Source of the DNA: Alphaproteobacteria bacterium
GTDB lineage: Bacteria; Pseudomonadota; Alphaproteobacteria; SP197
Assembly (NCBI GenBank): GCA_964291415.2
Contig: OZ219920.1
Location: forward strand, 928,001 to 992,000
DNA length: 64,000 nucleotides
Reading direction: 5' to 3'
Shown: positions 49,765 through 59,133 of the stretch, piece by piece
Numbering within the stretch: position 1 is the first letter of the stretch
How the letters are laid out: every line of letters starts with the position of its first letter
Position numbers and translations under genes: made by a program
Notes under the pieces: model-generated
The model's database searches: none
Told to the model about the DNA's origin: nothing
What the model saw: only the letters and a program-made list of their open reading frames with translations

Positions 49765-50060
49765 GGGCCGGGTTCGAAAGCGGATGGCGTCGATGATCGC
49801 GGCCATCGGGGAAGGCCGCTGCGCACGGGACGTGCTCTGCGGGCTGGAAGTCTGCCAGGACGGGACCGCCGATGGTCGGGCGCCGGCGGACCCGCGCGAC
49901 CGCGACGGGGCGGCCGGCGCCATCCGGGAGCTGATCGGGCGCGTCGTCGTCACACCCGGCATGCCGCGCTTCACGGCGCCATCCTCGAACGGGCCGGAAG
50001 CGAGCCGCCGGTATCCCGCGGAACGGAATGTCGGTCTTGGCGGCAGCACGGGCGCGATGC
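49765..50060 (+). pseudogene. Probable remnant of the C-terminus of a large serine recombinase
   Basis: Reads VRKRMASMIAAIGEG...LE..QD...DPRDRDGAAGAIRELIGRVVVTPG, then in shifted frames LHGAILER and MSVLAA. From memory this resembles the coiled-coil tail of alphaproteobacterial 'recombinase family' proteins. No catalytic domain is seen. Confidence 0.55.
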
Positions 50061-50245
50061 CATCTGGTTTGGTCGGCCAGGAGACCGCGGATCACCTGTC
50101 GCGCGGCGTGTCCTGGCGACCACGCCACTGCGACGCGGGCAGGAAGGGCGGCGAACCGCGTCGACCGCAGGACACGCAAGGGCAGGGCCTTGGGCGATAT
50201 CGGGGTCCGGGTCGGGCGGCCCGGATCCCTGCCGGATGAGGTCGA

Positions 50246-51277
50246 TCAGACTGCGCGCGCGGCCTCGACGAGTCTCCGGAGCTTGGCGCGCGCCAGGTCC
50301 GAGCCCAGCATGATGAGGCCGCAGTCGGGCGCGGCCTTCAGGCGCTCGGCATCGATGTGGTCGAGCGCTTCCCTGAGGCGAAGGACGATCTCTTCAACTG
50401 TCTCGACGCGGCTCGAGGCAATCTCGACAACCCCGAGAAGGACCGTGGTGTCGGCGAAGGCCTCGAGCAGGCAGAGGTCGTTGTGCCTGTGCGCATCCTC
50501 GATCGAGACCGCATCGACGAGACTGGCGTTCACCGCGCCGGCCAGTCTGGAATAGACCTCCGGATCGGCCTTCACGTAGTCGGTCTCGTCGAGCCTGTCG
50601 GGATAGCCGCAACACATGTGCATCGTACGGGTGACGCCGTCGGGGACGCCGTGAAAGCAGCGCTCGAGATTCTCGACCCCGAATTCGAGGGCCTCGTCAG
50701 GCAGACGGGCAAAGAGCGGCTCGTCGACCTGAATGTGCCGGCATCCCGCCTCTGCCAGGCGACGAATCTCGACGTTGAGCGCATCGGCGAGGTCGGCGCA
50801 CCACGAACGGCGATCAGGATAGAAGAGGTTGGCGGTTGAGTCCGAGACCGTCAGCGGTCCGGGCACCGTCATCTTGACGGGCTTGGCGGTCGCACTCTGC
50901 GCGATCGTCCAGTCCCGCACCAGGAACGGAGCGCCCGCCCTGATTCGGTCTGTGAAGGTGGGCACCTCGGCCGTCCAGGCCCCGTTGCGCATGGTGCACT
51001 CGGTGAGCGTGTCAAGTTCGAAGCCGTCGAGGTGGGCGCAGTGATAGTGAACGTAGTTCGTCCGCCGGATTTCGCCGTCCGTCGGGATGTCGATGCCGAT
51101 CGAGTCCTGCTCGGCCACCACTTCGCGTGTGGCGCGATCGAGAATGGCCCGTCGCTCCCCGGGCGCGAGTTCCGCTGCGTCCGCCTCGCCGGTCTGCGCG
51201 TCATCGTGGAACCAGGCCATGTGCGGCACGTAGGCAGGCTTGGGATAGGCCCCGATGCAGGTGGTGGCGACAGGCAT
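50246..51277 (-). CDS. Core (half-size) cobalamin-independent methionine synthase II family protein
   Basis: IG.YPKP, PTDGE.RR, VKMTVPGP.T, HIQVDEP and Zn ligands HMCCGY, SIE, APDCGL. Confidence 0.9.
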   Translation of the reverse strand: MPVATTCIGAYPKPAYVPHMAWFHDDAQTGEADAAELAPGERRAILDRATREVVAEQDSIGIDIPTDGEIRRTNYVHYHCAHLDGFELDTLTECTMRNGAWTAEVPTFTDRIRAGAPFLVRDWTIAQSATAKPVKMTVPGPLTVSDSTANLFYPDRRSWCADLADALNVEIRRLAEAGCRHIQVDEPLFARLPDEALEFGVENLERCFHGVPDGVTRTMHMCCGYPDRLDETDYVKADPEVYSRLAGAVNASLVDAVSIEDAHRHNDLCLLEAFADTTVLLGVVEIASSRVETVEEIVLRLREALDHIDAERLKAAPDCGLIMLGSDLARAKLRRLVEAARAV

Positions 51278-51472
51278 GAGTGGCTCCGGTGCTGTGGCCC
51301 CGTGAAAGGGTTGGGTTTCGAAACGGCAGCGTCAAGTGGCCGACAAGCGTCATGGGTCCATGTGCGTACTCATTGACGATGTGCTATGCACAAACAGGGC
51401 TCCCATTGTGAATGAAGGAGCCCGAGGATCCAGGCGGTCGGCCGCCATCATGGGGATTGAGGGAGACAATCG

Positions 51473-52522
51473 ATGGGCGGGGCTCCCAGAACTCTTCTCC
51501 ATGCGTTGCTGGCCTCGCTTGTCGTGTCAACGTTGTGCAGCCTCCCGAACGGCGCAGGCGCGGAGCAGACCATCCTGCGGCTGCACACGTTCAACTCGCC
51601 CAAGTCGATCGCAGTCCGGTTGTTTCTCCAGCCATGGGCCGAGGAGATCGAGGAGAGATCCCAGGGCCGGGTCGCCGTTCAGGTGTTTCCTGCGATGCAG
51701 CTCGGAGGCAAGCCATCGGATCTCTACGGACAGGCACGCGACGGCGTGGTCGACATCGTCTGGACCTTGCCCGGCTACACGCCGGGGCGGTTTCCCCTGA
51801 CCGAGGTGTTCGAGCTTCCCTTCGTTTGCGCCGACGCCGAGGCGACCAGCCAGGCGTTGAACGAGTTCTACCAGGCGTGGTTGCGGGACGAGTACGAAGA
51901 CACCCATCCTTTGGTGTTTCATACCGCTGCGCCGGGCCATATCCACACCGCCGAACGACAGGTCCGCACGCTCGAAGACCTGGAAGGGCTGAAGATGCGC
52001 GCCCCTTCGCGGGCCAGCGCTGCGATGCTGGAAGCCCTTGGCGCGGTGCCGATCGGCATGCCGGTCCCGAAGGTGTATGAAGCGCTCGCACGGGGCGTGG
52101 TGGAAGGAGCCTGGATCCCCTGGACCATCATGCGGCCTTTCCGTCTGCACGAAGTGACGCGCCACCACACCGAGGTCTCCCTCTCCTGCGTCCTGTTCGT
52201 GATGACGATGAACAAGGCGCGTTACGACGGGTTGCCGCCAGACATCAGGCACATCATCGACGAAACGACGGGAACACAATTGGCGAAACGCCTCGGGCGC
52301 CTTTGGCAGGACGACGAGGAACCGGGTCGGGCGATCGCGCTGGAGCAGGGCCATGCGCTGTTCACGCTGACGGAAGCGGAACGCAAGCGCTGGAAGACGG
52401 CCACGCAGCCAGTCATCGACGATTGGATCGAGAAGGTCGACGCCATGGGCCATGACGGGGAGGCCATGCTTGCCGATGCAAGGCGCCTGGTCGCCGAGTA
52501 CGGCGATGACCTCCAGCAGTAA
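51473..52522 (+). CDS. dctP: TRAP transporter substrate-binding protein (DctP family)
   Basis: PWAEEIEERS.GR, FPAMQLGG, DGVVDI.W..PGYTPGRFP and LEGLKMRAP. Confidence 0.92.
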   Translation: MGGAPRTLLHALLASLVVSTLCSLPNGAGAEQTILRLHTFNSPKSIAVRLFLQPWAEEIEERSQGRVAVQVFPAMQLGGKPSDLYGQARDGVVDIVWTLPGYTPGRFPLTEVFELPFVCADAEATSQALNEFYQAWLRDEYEDTHPLVFHTAAPGHIHTAERQVRTLEDLEGLKMRAPSRASAAMLEALGAVPIGMPVPKVYEALARGVVEGAWIPWTIMRPFRLHEVTRHHTEVSLSCVLFVMTMNKARYDGLPPDIRHIIDETTGTQLAKRLGRLWQDDEEPGRAIALEQGHALFTLTEAERKRWKTATQPVIDDWIEKVDAMGHDGEAMLADARRLVAEYGDDLQQ

Positions 52523-53066
52523 GCTCGCGGAAGATCCGGAGGCCAGCGACACGCCTTGCGGTCCGAGCCCGTGCCCGGCTGGTCCGTACCTTGGAGCCCG
52601 GCTGGAGGGCCTGGCCCGGACTGTTGCGATCGCCGGAGGCGTACTGCTGATCGCGGTCGTGGTCATGACCGTGATCAGCGTTCTGGGACGCTATCTTTTC
52701 AACACCCCGATTCCCGGCGATTACGAACTCACGGAGCTTGCCTGCGGCATCGCCGTGTTCGCCTTCTTTCCTTACTGCCACGCCAGGAACGGCAACATCG
52801 TCGTGGAGTTTTTCACCGGAGGATTGCGCCCGCATCACAGGACGGTGCTGGACACGGTTCACGCCGTCGCCTTCGCGGTGGCTGCCGGCCTGATCACATG
52901 GCGCCTGTTCGTCGGTGCGGTACACAAGCTTGAAGATGGTGAGACGACGCTGTTTCTGGGTGTCCCGGTTCACTGGGCTTACTTCTCCGCCCTGTTCGGA
53001 GCCGGATTGCTGACTGCGATTTCTTTGCTGGTGGTCTGCCGCCACGTGCACGCCCTGAGACGATGA
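52506..53066 (+). CDS. dctQ: TRAP transporter small permease
   Basis: SVLGRY, PIPGDYEL and GNIVVEFFT; four TM segments. Start uncertain. Confidence 0.88.
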   Translation: MTSSSKLAEDPEASDTPCGPSPCPAGPYLGARLEGLARTVAIAGGVLLIAVVVMTVISVLGRYLFNTPIPGDYELTELACGIAVFAFFPYCHARNGNIVVEFFTGGLRPHHRTVLDTVHAVAFAVAAGLITWRLFVGAVHKLEDGETTLFLGVPVHWAYFSALFGAGLLTAISLLVVCRHVHALRR

Positions 53067-54379
53067 CTGGTTTCGAGTTCGGCGGACTCCTGTTCGTCGT
53101 CTGCCTTGCGCTGATAGCCTTGAGGATGCCGGTCGCCGTGGCGATGTTCGTCGTCGGGGGATTCGGCTTCGCCTCGCTCGCAGGGTGGTCGGCGTTCCTC
53201 AATCTGCTGAACACCGCCGCGTTTGGTCGGGTGTCGAGCTATACCCTCTCGGTGCTGCCGCTGTTCCTGTTGATGGGCCAGCTGGCGACGCGGTCCGGTC
53301 TCAGTCGCTCGCTCTACGGCGCGGCTCGTGCCTGGGTGGGTCACTACCGTGGCGGGCTGGCTGTCTCGACCATATTCGGGTGTGCCGCGTTCGGGTCCAT
53401 TTGCGGGTCATCGATCGCGACCGGAGCAACGATGGCATCGGTGGCGCTGCCCGAGATGAGGCGCCACAAGTACTCCGGAGCACTGGCCACCGGCACACTC
53501 GCTGCCGGCGGAACGCTCGGCATCCTGATTCCGCCGTCGGTCATCCTGGTGATCTACGCGGTCATCACGGAACAGTCGGTCGGCAAGCTCTTTCTGGCTG
53601 CGCTGGTTCCGGGACTCATCGCAACATTCGGCTACACGGTGGCGATCGCAATCTATGTTCGGCTGCGACCCGAGTCGGGCCCGGCCGCTCCGGCCCTGCC
53701 TTACCGCGCACGTATGCGCAGCCTGCGCGCGGTGTGGCCGGTGGCGGTGATCTTCTTTTCGGTCATCGGCGGGATTTATCTCGGCGTGTTTACGCCGACC
53801 GAAGCGGCCGCGATCGGGACCGCAGCCATCGCCGTCGTGGCGTTGGTTTCCGGCCGGTTGAGCCGATCCGCGTTGGTATCGAGCCTGCTGGAGACCGCAC
53901 AGGCCACCGCGATGATCTTCCTCATTCTGATCAGCGCAGAGATTTTCAACAGCTTCCTTGCGCTGTCGCAGGTCACCACCGAACTGGCGGATGCGCTGGC
54001 GGGGTCCGGATTGGCGCCCATATCGATCATGATCGGCATCGTGATCGTTTACCTGATCCTCGGTTGCTTCATGGACAGCCTGGCCATGATCCTGCTGACG
54101 GTGCCGGTCTTCTTTCCGTTGGTGACCGGCCTGGACTTCGGCTACACGGAGGAAGAGGTTGCCATCTGGTTCGGAATTCTGGCAGTGATGGCGGTCGAAA
54201 TCGGCCTGATCACTCCGCCGATCGGCCTCAACGTCTATGTGATCAACGCGCTGGACGGAAAGACCCGGCTTGGCGAATCGTTCAGGGGTATCGTTCCGTT
54301 CCTGTTGAGCGCGGTCGCTCTGCTTGCAATCGTTGTGTCTGTGCCCGCGATCTGCCTCTGGCTTCCGGGTCTGGACTAG
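53063..54379 (+). CDS. dctM: TRAP transporter large permease
   Basis: PLFLLMG, FGSICGSSIAT, GGTLGILIPPS, FTPTEAA and ITPPIGLNVY. Confidence 0.93.
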   Translation: MTGFEFGGLLFVVCLALIALRMPVAVAMFVVGGFGFASLAGWSAFLNLLNTAAFGRVSSYTLSVLPLFLLMGQLATRSGLSRSLYGAARAWVGHYRGGLAVSTIFGCAAFGSICGSSIATGATMASVALPEMRRHKYSGALATGTLAAGGTLGILIPPSVILVIYAVITEQSVGKLFLAALVPGLIATFGYTVAIAIYVRLRPESGPAAPALPYRARMRSLRAVWPVAVIFFSVIGGIYLGVFTPTEAAAIGTAAIAVVALVSGRLSRSALVSSLLETAQATAMIFLILISAEIFNSFLALSQVTTELADALAGSGLAPISIMIGIVIVYLILGCFMDSLAMILLTVPVFFPLVTGLDFGYTEEEVAIWFGILAVMAVEIGLITPPIGLNVYVINALDGKTRLGESFRGIVPFLLSAVALLAIVVSVPAICLWLPGLD

Positions 54380-54563
54380 GCATCGCGTTGTGACTCGCAA
54401 ACGCGTGTGCGAGGTTGTCGCGAAGCACAGCGGGTCGCGTCGTCGCCTGTACAGGCGATAGCGCGGATACTGGAGCGGAATGTGCGTGGCGGTCGGATCG
54501 TCGCGGTCATCACGGGCACGAACGGAGCCGTGACAGTGACCGCTACCAAGGATAGGGATCGGC

Positions 54564-56330
54564 ATGGGGCAAGACGACTCTGACCAGGACATCGGGTCCC
54601 GTCGCAATCCGGATACGAAAACTCCTGTTCCGCTCAGCGTGGGACTCGCCCTGCAGATCGCATGCCTGGTGCTGCCCGGCGCGGTGGTGATTCCAACCGT
54701 TGTGTTTCGGGCGGGCGGTCAGCCCGAAGACGTGTTGCTGTGGGCCGTGTTCGCCTCGGTCGCGATCTGCGGCGCGACCGCAATGCTCCAAGCCTGGAGG
54801 ATAGGCCGGATCGGCGCCGGCTACATCCTCGCGATCGGAACGTCGGGGGTTGCCATCGCGGTCAGCATCGCCGCCCTCGCCGCGGGCGGGCCGGCGTTGC
54901 TCGCGACGCTGGTCGTCGCCCTCGCCCTGATCCAGTTCGTGTTCTCCGCACGCCTCTCGCTCTTTCGGCGGATTCTCACTCCCACCGTGACGGGGACAGT
55001 GCTGATGCTGACGCCGGTCACGATCATGCCGATCATGTTCGATCAGTTGAAGGATGTGCCGGACGGCACGCCGCCGCTGGCCGCGCCGCTCAGCGCCTTG
55101 ACAACCCTGATCGTCATTGCGGGCATCGCGCTGACGGCGAAAGGACGGGTGCGCCTGTGGGCGCCGGTCATCGGAATCATCGCAGGGTCGATCGTGGCCG
55201 GCGTGTTCGGCATCTATGACGTCGACCGCATCGCCCGGGCCTCGTGGATCGGCATTCCGAACCTTGAATGGTCGGCGCTGGACTTGCGCTTCGGGACCGA
55301 TTTCTGGGCGCTGCTCCCCGCGTTCGTGTTCATCGCCCTGGTCTGCACGATTCAGACCATCAGCGGCGCCGTTGCGATCCAGCGCGTGTCGTGGGCCGAA
55401 AGCCGGGCGGTGGATTTCAGAGCGGTGCAGGGTGCCGTCGCTGCCGACGGAGTGGGCAATCTGCTGTCCGGCCTGGCGGGCACGATGCCGCTCGGCTTCC
55501 GGCCAACGGGTGCGTCGATGGTCGAGATCACCGGGATGAGTTCCCGTCGGATTGGCCTGGCGTTCGGGGCATCCCTCATCGTGCTGGCGTTCCTTCCCAA
55601 GGCACTTGCCGTGATCCTCGCGATGCCGGGACCGGTCATCGGGGCATTCGTCACCGTCACGATGGCGACACTTTTCATCATCGGCATGAAAGTGATTGTC
55701 CAGGATGGCATCGACTATCGCAAAGGCCTGATTGCCGGACTGTCCTTCTGGATCGGCGTAGGCTTTCAGAGCGACGTGATTTTTCCCGCGCTTGTCGCGG
55801 AGTTTGCCGGCGCTCACCTGAAGAACGGAATGCTGACCGGAGGCGTTGCGGCAATCGTCATGACTGTCTTCGTCGAGTTGACGAAGCCGCGCAGGCGCCG
55901 GATCGAAGTGGAGTTCGATCCCTCCACACTGCACGAGATCCGCGAGTTCGTTGCGGCATTCGCATCGCGAAGAGGCTGGGACTCCGCGATGGCGGACCGT
56001 CTGGATGCCGTCTGCGATGAAACGTTGCTGACGCTCCAGCGTGAAAGCGAGCCCGGCACGGACATCGAGCGGCAGCGGCTGCTCCTCACGGCACGCGTGG
56101 AAGACGGCGGTGCGGTTCTGGAATTCGTCACCACGAAAGGCGAGGAGAACCTCCAGGATCGAATCGCGCTGCTGGGCGAGGCCAGTGACGGTTCGATGAT
56201 TGAACGGGATATCTCGCTCAGGCTCCTGCGTCACCTCGCCTCTTCGGTCCGTCATCAACAGTACCACGACACGGATATCGTGACCGTCCGGGTGGAGCCG
56301 CCGGGAGCGGGGATCGTGCGAGCGATGTGA
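54564..56330 (+). CDS. Divergent NCS2 (xanthine/uracil permease) family protein fused to a C-terminal RsbW/HATPase_c_2-like domain
   Basis: NCS2-like features: LQA.RIGRIG, RRILTP.VTG.V, GAVAADG.GNLL.G, AFLPK...I.AMP.PV.G. Soluble tail from about 55884: L.EIREFV...RL..VCDETL...SLRLLRHLASSVRH. Confidence 0.8.
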   Translation: MGQDDSDQDIGSRRNPDTKTPVPLSVGLALQIACLVLPGAVVIPTVVFRAGGQPEDVLLWAVFASVAICGATAMLQAWRIGRIGAGYILAIGTSGVAIAVSIAALAAGGPALLATLVVALALIQFVFSARLSLFRRILTPTVTGTVLMLTPVTIMPIMFDQLKDVPDGTPPLAAPLSALTTLIVIAGIALTAKGRVRLWAPVIGIIAGSIVAGVFGIYDVDRIARASWIGIPNLEWSALDLRFGTDFWALLPAFVFIALVCTIQTISGAVAIQRVSWAESRAVDFRAVQGAVAADGVGNLLSGLAGTMPLGFRPTGASMVEITGMSSRRIGLAFGASLIVLAFLPKALAVILAMPGPVIGAFVTVTMATLFIIGMKVIVQDGIDYRKGLIAGLSFWIGVGFQSDVIFPALVAEFAGAHLKNGMLTGGVAAIVMTVFVELTKPRRRRIEVEFDPSTLHEIREFVAAFASRRGWDSAMADRLDAVCDETLLTLQRESEPGTDIERQRLLLTARVEDGGAVLEFVTTKGEENLQDRIALLGEASDGSMIERDISLRLLRHLASSVRHQQYHDTDIVTVRVEPPGAGIVRAM

Positions 56331-56446
56331 GCCGGCGGCACCGTCACGCAATCGACATCGATGCGATCCGGAGCATTTGATTGACGTGAAGCGACGAGCA
56401 GTTAGCCTCGATGACTCAATTCGTCCAAGGGACAGGGGGAAGCTCG

Positions 56447-56746
56447 ATGTACTTCGTCGCGTTCGTTACCGACAAACCGGGAATGGAACAAAAGCACAGG
56501 GATCTGCAGGGAGCCTTTACGGGCTATCTGCGTGATCATCCTGATCATCCCGATGTTGTCGTTCATCATGCAGGTCCGACCCACGACGTCGATACGCACA
56601 GTATCGCAGGGTTGTTGCTGATTGTTGAAGCGCCCTCCGTGGCAGAGGCGCGGGCATTCGTGGCTGGCAGTCCATTCGGCCAGGCGGACATCTTCGCCGA
56701 AACCCAGATCCGGCGGTGGGACTGGAGAACAGGAAGTCCGGACTAG
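56447..56746 (+). CDS. YciI-like protein
   Basis: DKPG, AGP, GLLLIVEA.S.AEARAF...PF...IF.....RRW. AGGGGGA RBS. Confidence 0.75.
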   Translation: MYFVAFVTDKPGMEQKHRDLQGAFTGYLRDHPDHPDVVVHHAGPTHDVDTHSIAGLLLIVEAPSVAEARAFVAGSPFGQADIFAETQIRRWDWRTGSPD

Positions 56747-57029
56747 CGCTGCCTCGTCTCCAACAGGTCATGGCGAACATCTGATCTCGGTGGCGTTGAG
56801 ATCTGTTCATGGTTTCCCGGCATCAATCAACTCGATCTGCGTGGGTGCATCGTCTCGCCGCGCCGCACGGCGCTTGCTGACTCCGGATTCCGGGATGTCC
56901 GGGGACGCCTTGAGGTTTTCGCCTGTCCGTCGGTTCCGGTCCGGAATGCGGCGCACCGGGAGATCCGCCGTGGATTGATGGATCACGAGCACCCCCCAGG
57001 GGGCCATGCCTGCCTTCTCCAGCCGCCCG

Positions 57030-57872
57030 CTATGGCTTCGAGCCTTGGTTCGTTGAGCCGCCGTTCAACGGCGCTGGCCGGCTCGCGTCCGATTGTCGGC
57101 GGCCGAGGCTGGCACCACCGTCGATGGTGAAGACGCTGCCGGTGATCCAGTCGCCGGCGGGGGAGAGGAGGTAGGCGACCATCCAGGCGATGTCGTCGGG
57201 AGTTCCGAGACGTGGTACCGGGAAGTTCCGGCTTGCCGCCTCACCGCTGTCGGATGCGTCGTACTGGCGCATGCCTTCGGTCATGACCGCACCGGGTCCC
57301 ACCGCGTTGACGAGAATCCGGTGGTCACTCCATTCGAGAGCCAGGGTGCGCGTCAGGTTGACGACCGCGGCGCGGGCCGCGGCGCCGTGGGCAAAGTGTT
57401 CCATCGCCCATGTGTGGGCAAAGACGATGTTGACGATGCGGCCCGGCGTGCCGCTGTCGCGATGCGCCCGGGCAAAGGCACTGCTCATCTGCCAGGTGCC
57501 CTGGACGTTGAGATCCATGACGGCCCTGAAACCATTGGCCGAGATGTCCTGCGCCCTGGCCGAGAACTGGCCACCGGCGTTGTTGACGAGATGATCGGGC
57601 AGGCCGCGCTCCCGGACGGTCGTCCGGAGCACCTCCTGGCAGGCCGAGTCGTCACGGATGTTGAGGACCTGGAAGGCGGCATCGATGCCGTGCCCGGCCA
57701 GTTCGCCGCATGCCTCCTCGAGAACCTGCTGGCGACGCGCTGCAATCGTGATTCTGGCGCCAAGCAGGCCAAGCTCCCGGGCGCAGCCGAAACCGATGCC
57801 CGTGCCGCCGCCGGTGATGAACACGTGGCTCCCGTCAAGGAGACCGGAGCGGAAGATGGAAGATGAACCCAT
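57030..57872 (-). CDS. SDR oxidoreductase (trans-2-enoyl-CoA reductase/AtuB-like)
   Basis: TGGGTGIG, IAARR, LVNNAGGQF, HGAAARAAV.NLT.TLA.EW and VNAVGPG. Confidence 0.9.
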   Translation of the reverse strand: MGSSSIFRSGLLDGSHVFITGGGTGIGFGCARELGLLGARITIAARRQQVLEEACGELAGHGIDAAFQVLNIRDDSACQEVLRTTVRERGLPDHLVNNAGGQFSARAQDISANGFRAVMDLNVQGTWQMSSAFARAHRDSGTPGRIVNIVFAHTWAMEHFAHGAAARAAVVNLTRTLALEWSDHRILVNAVGPGAVMTEGMRQYDASDSGEAASRNFPVPRLGTPDDIAWMVAYLLSPAGDWITGSVFTIDGGASLGRRQSDASRPAPLNGGSTNQGSKP

Positions 57873-57881
57873 CCGGCGCCG

Positions 57882-59132
57882 CTATTCCCGGTTCAGGCCC
57901 CGGGAAAGCCGTTCCCGCATGCCGTCCCGGTTGTTCTCGTGAAAGGCTCGATCGCGCTGAGCCGCGGCTTCATCAAGACAGAGGTTGCGGAAGTCGGGCA
58001 TGATACATCCGTCTTCGGCCATCGCCTCGAGGCGGGCATTGATCGCCTGCTTCTTCTCCACCTGGTGGGGCTGGACCTCGTGCATGAGGGACATGTCATG
58101 CTCCTCGACAACGAGAACGCCGGCATCGATGGCCTCCTGCATCAGGGCATCGCCGCGGCCGGTGCGGCTGATGAACGTGCTCCATCCACCGTCCTCGTTC
58201 CTTTCAGGCGCTCCGCCGGGCCAGGCGTCGGCCACCGTGACATCCGTCGTCTCGCCCGTGGGATCGGCGCAGATCCGGCAGCGGAACTGGAACGTCCAGC
58301 CCTGCGGCCCGTACCAGAAGTCGAGGTAGTCCTCGTCGAAGATCCTGCCGTCGCGATCAACCGCCCGGGTGGGTCCGGGACATCCGTGACCGCGGTAGCG
58401 AAAGAGCGAGAGATTGTCTTCACCCGCGGCGCCCCCCGGAAATCCCACCCGATCCAGCATCTGCCGCGAACAGTCGAGGTCTGCGAAGGTGCCGCAGGAA
58501 AACGCCAGCGTGGCACGCACCAGTTCGCCGACCCTGGGGTCGTGTCTGGCGTAGTTGTGGACGCCGGAGATGTCGCAGGGCTTGCCGATGACGGCAAAGG
58601 GGCGACCCATGTCGAGGAGTTCCGTGAAGCGGTCGAGGGGCGCCACCGGACCATACCGCGACCCTGCACCCGCCAGCACGTCGTCGCGAGTCCACGAGAC
58701 ATGGCTGCGCGAACGCATGGGACGGTTCTCGTCGGCCCTGACGTGGCTGATGAAGTCGACGCCGCCGCTGTCGAGGAGGTGGAGGGCAAGCGCCGTCAGC
58801 GCCCCGCCCGAAGCCGCCATGTGGCGAATGGAAGCGTCCCGCGCATGACCCTTCCAGATGCGGATCCAGGGTCCGAATGCCGGATCCACGGCTACCGTGT
58901 CCTTGTGCCGCGCAGGATCCGGGGCGCCGTCAAGCCGCATGCCCGGGCAGGTCTCGAGAATGGCACGCTCGGTCGCCGGATCCAGACGCTGGCGGATCAC
59001 CGGACGCAGGCGCCCCGGCGGATCGACCCAGTCCATGGCGACCCTGTCCCTGCCGGCAATGGCCTCGCACAGGCCACATCCCAGACACAGTCCGTTCTCG
59101 ACGATCTCCTTCAGCGACTGCGGGTGACGCAT
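57882..59132 (-). CDS. FrhB/FdhB (F420 hydrogenase beta subunit)-family Fe-S flavoprotein
   Basis: CLGCGLC, CPG, ASGG.LT, AGSRYGP, VIGKPCD, FSCG, YRGHGCPG, RCRICAD and D.TV.DAW. Confidence 0.9.
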   Translation of the reverse strand: MRHPQSLKEIVENGLCLGCGLCEAIAGRDRVAMDWVDPPGRLRPVIRQRLDPATERAILETCPGMRLDGAPDPARHKDTVAVDPAFGPWIRIWKGHARDASIRHMAASGGALTALALHLLDSGGVDFISHVRADENRPMRSRSHVSWTRDDVLAGAGSRYGPVAPLDRFTELLDMGRPFAVIGKPCDISGVHNYARHDPRVGELVRATLAFSCGTFADLDCSRQMLDRVGFPGGAAGEDNLSLFRYRGHGCPGPTRAVDRDGRIFDEDYLDFWYGPQGWTFQFRCRICADPTGETTDVTVADAWPGGAPERNEDGGWSTFISRTGRGDALMQEAIDAGVLVVEEHDMSLMHEVQPHQVEKKQAINARLEAMAEDGCIMPDFRNLCLDEAAAQRDRAFHENNRDGMRERLSRGLNRE

Positions 59133-59133
59133 G

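Noticed and set aside
56807-57007. 66-aa ORF with 'RNRRTGE', similar to the HU/IHF arm
   Set aside because: It lacks the GFG.F motif and the helical N-terminus, so it is probably spurious.
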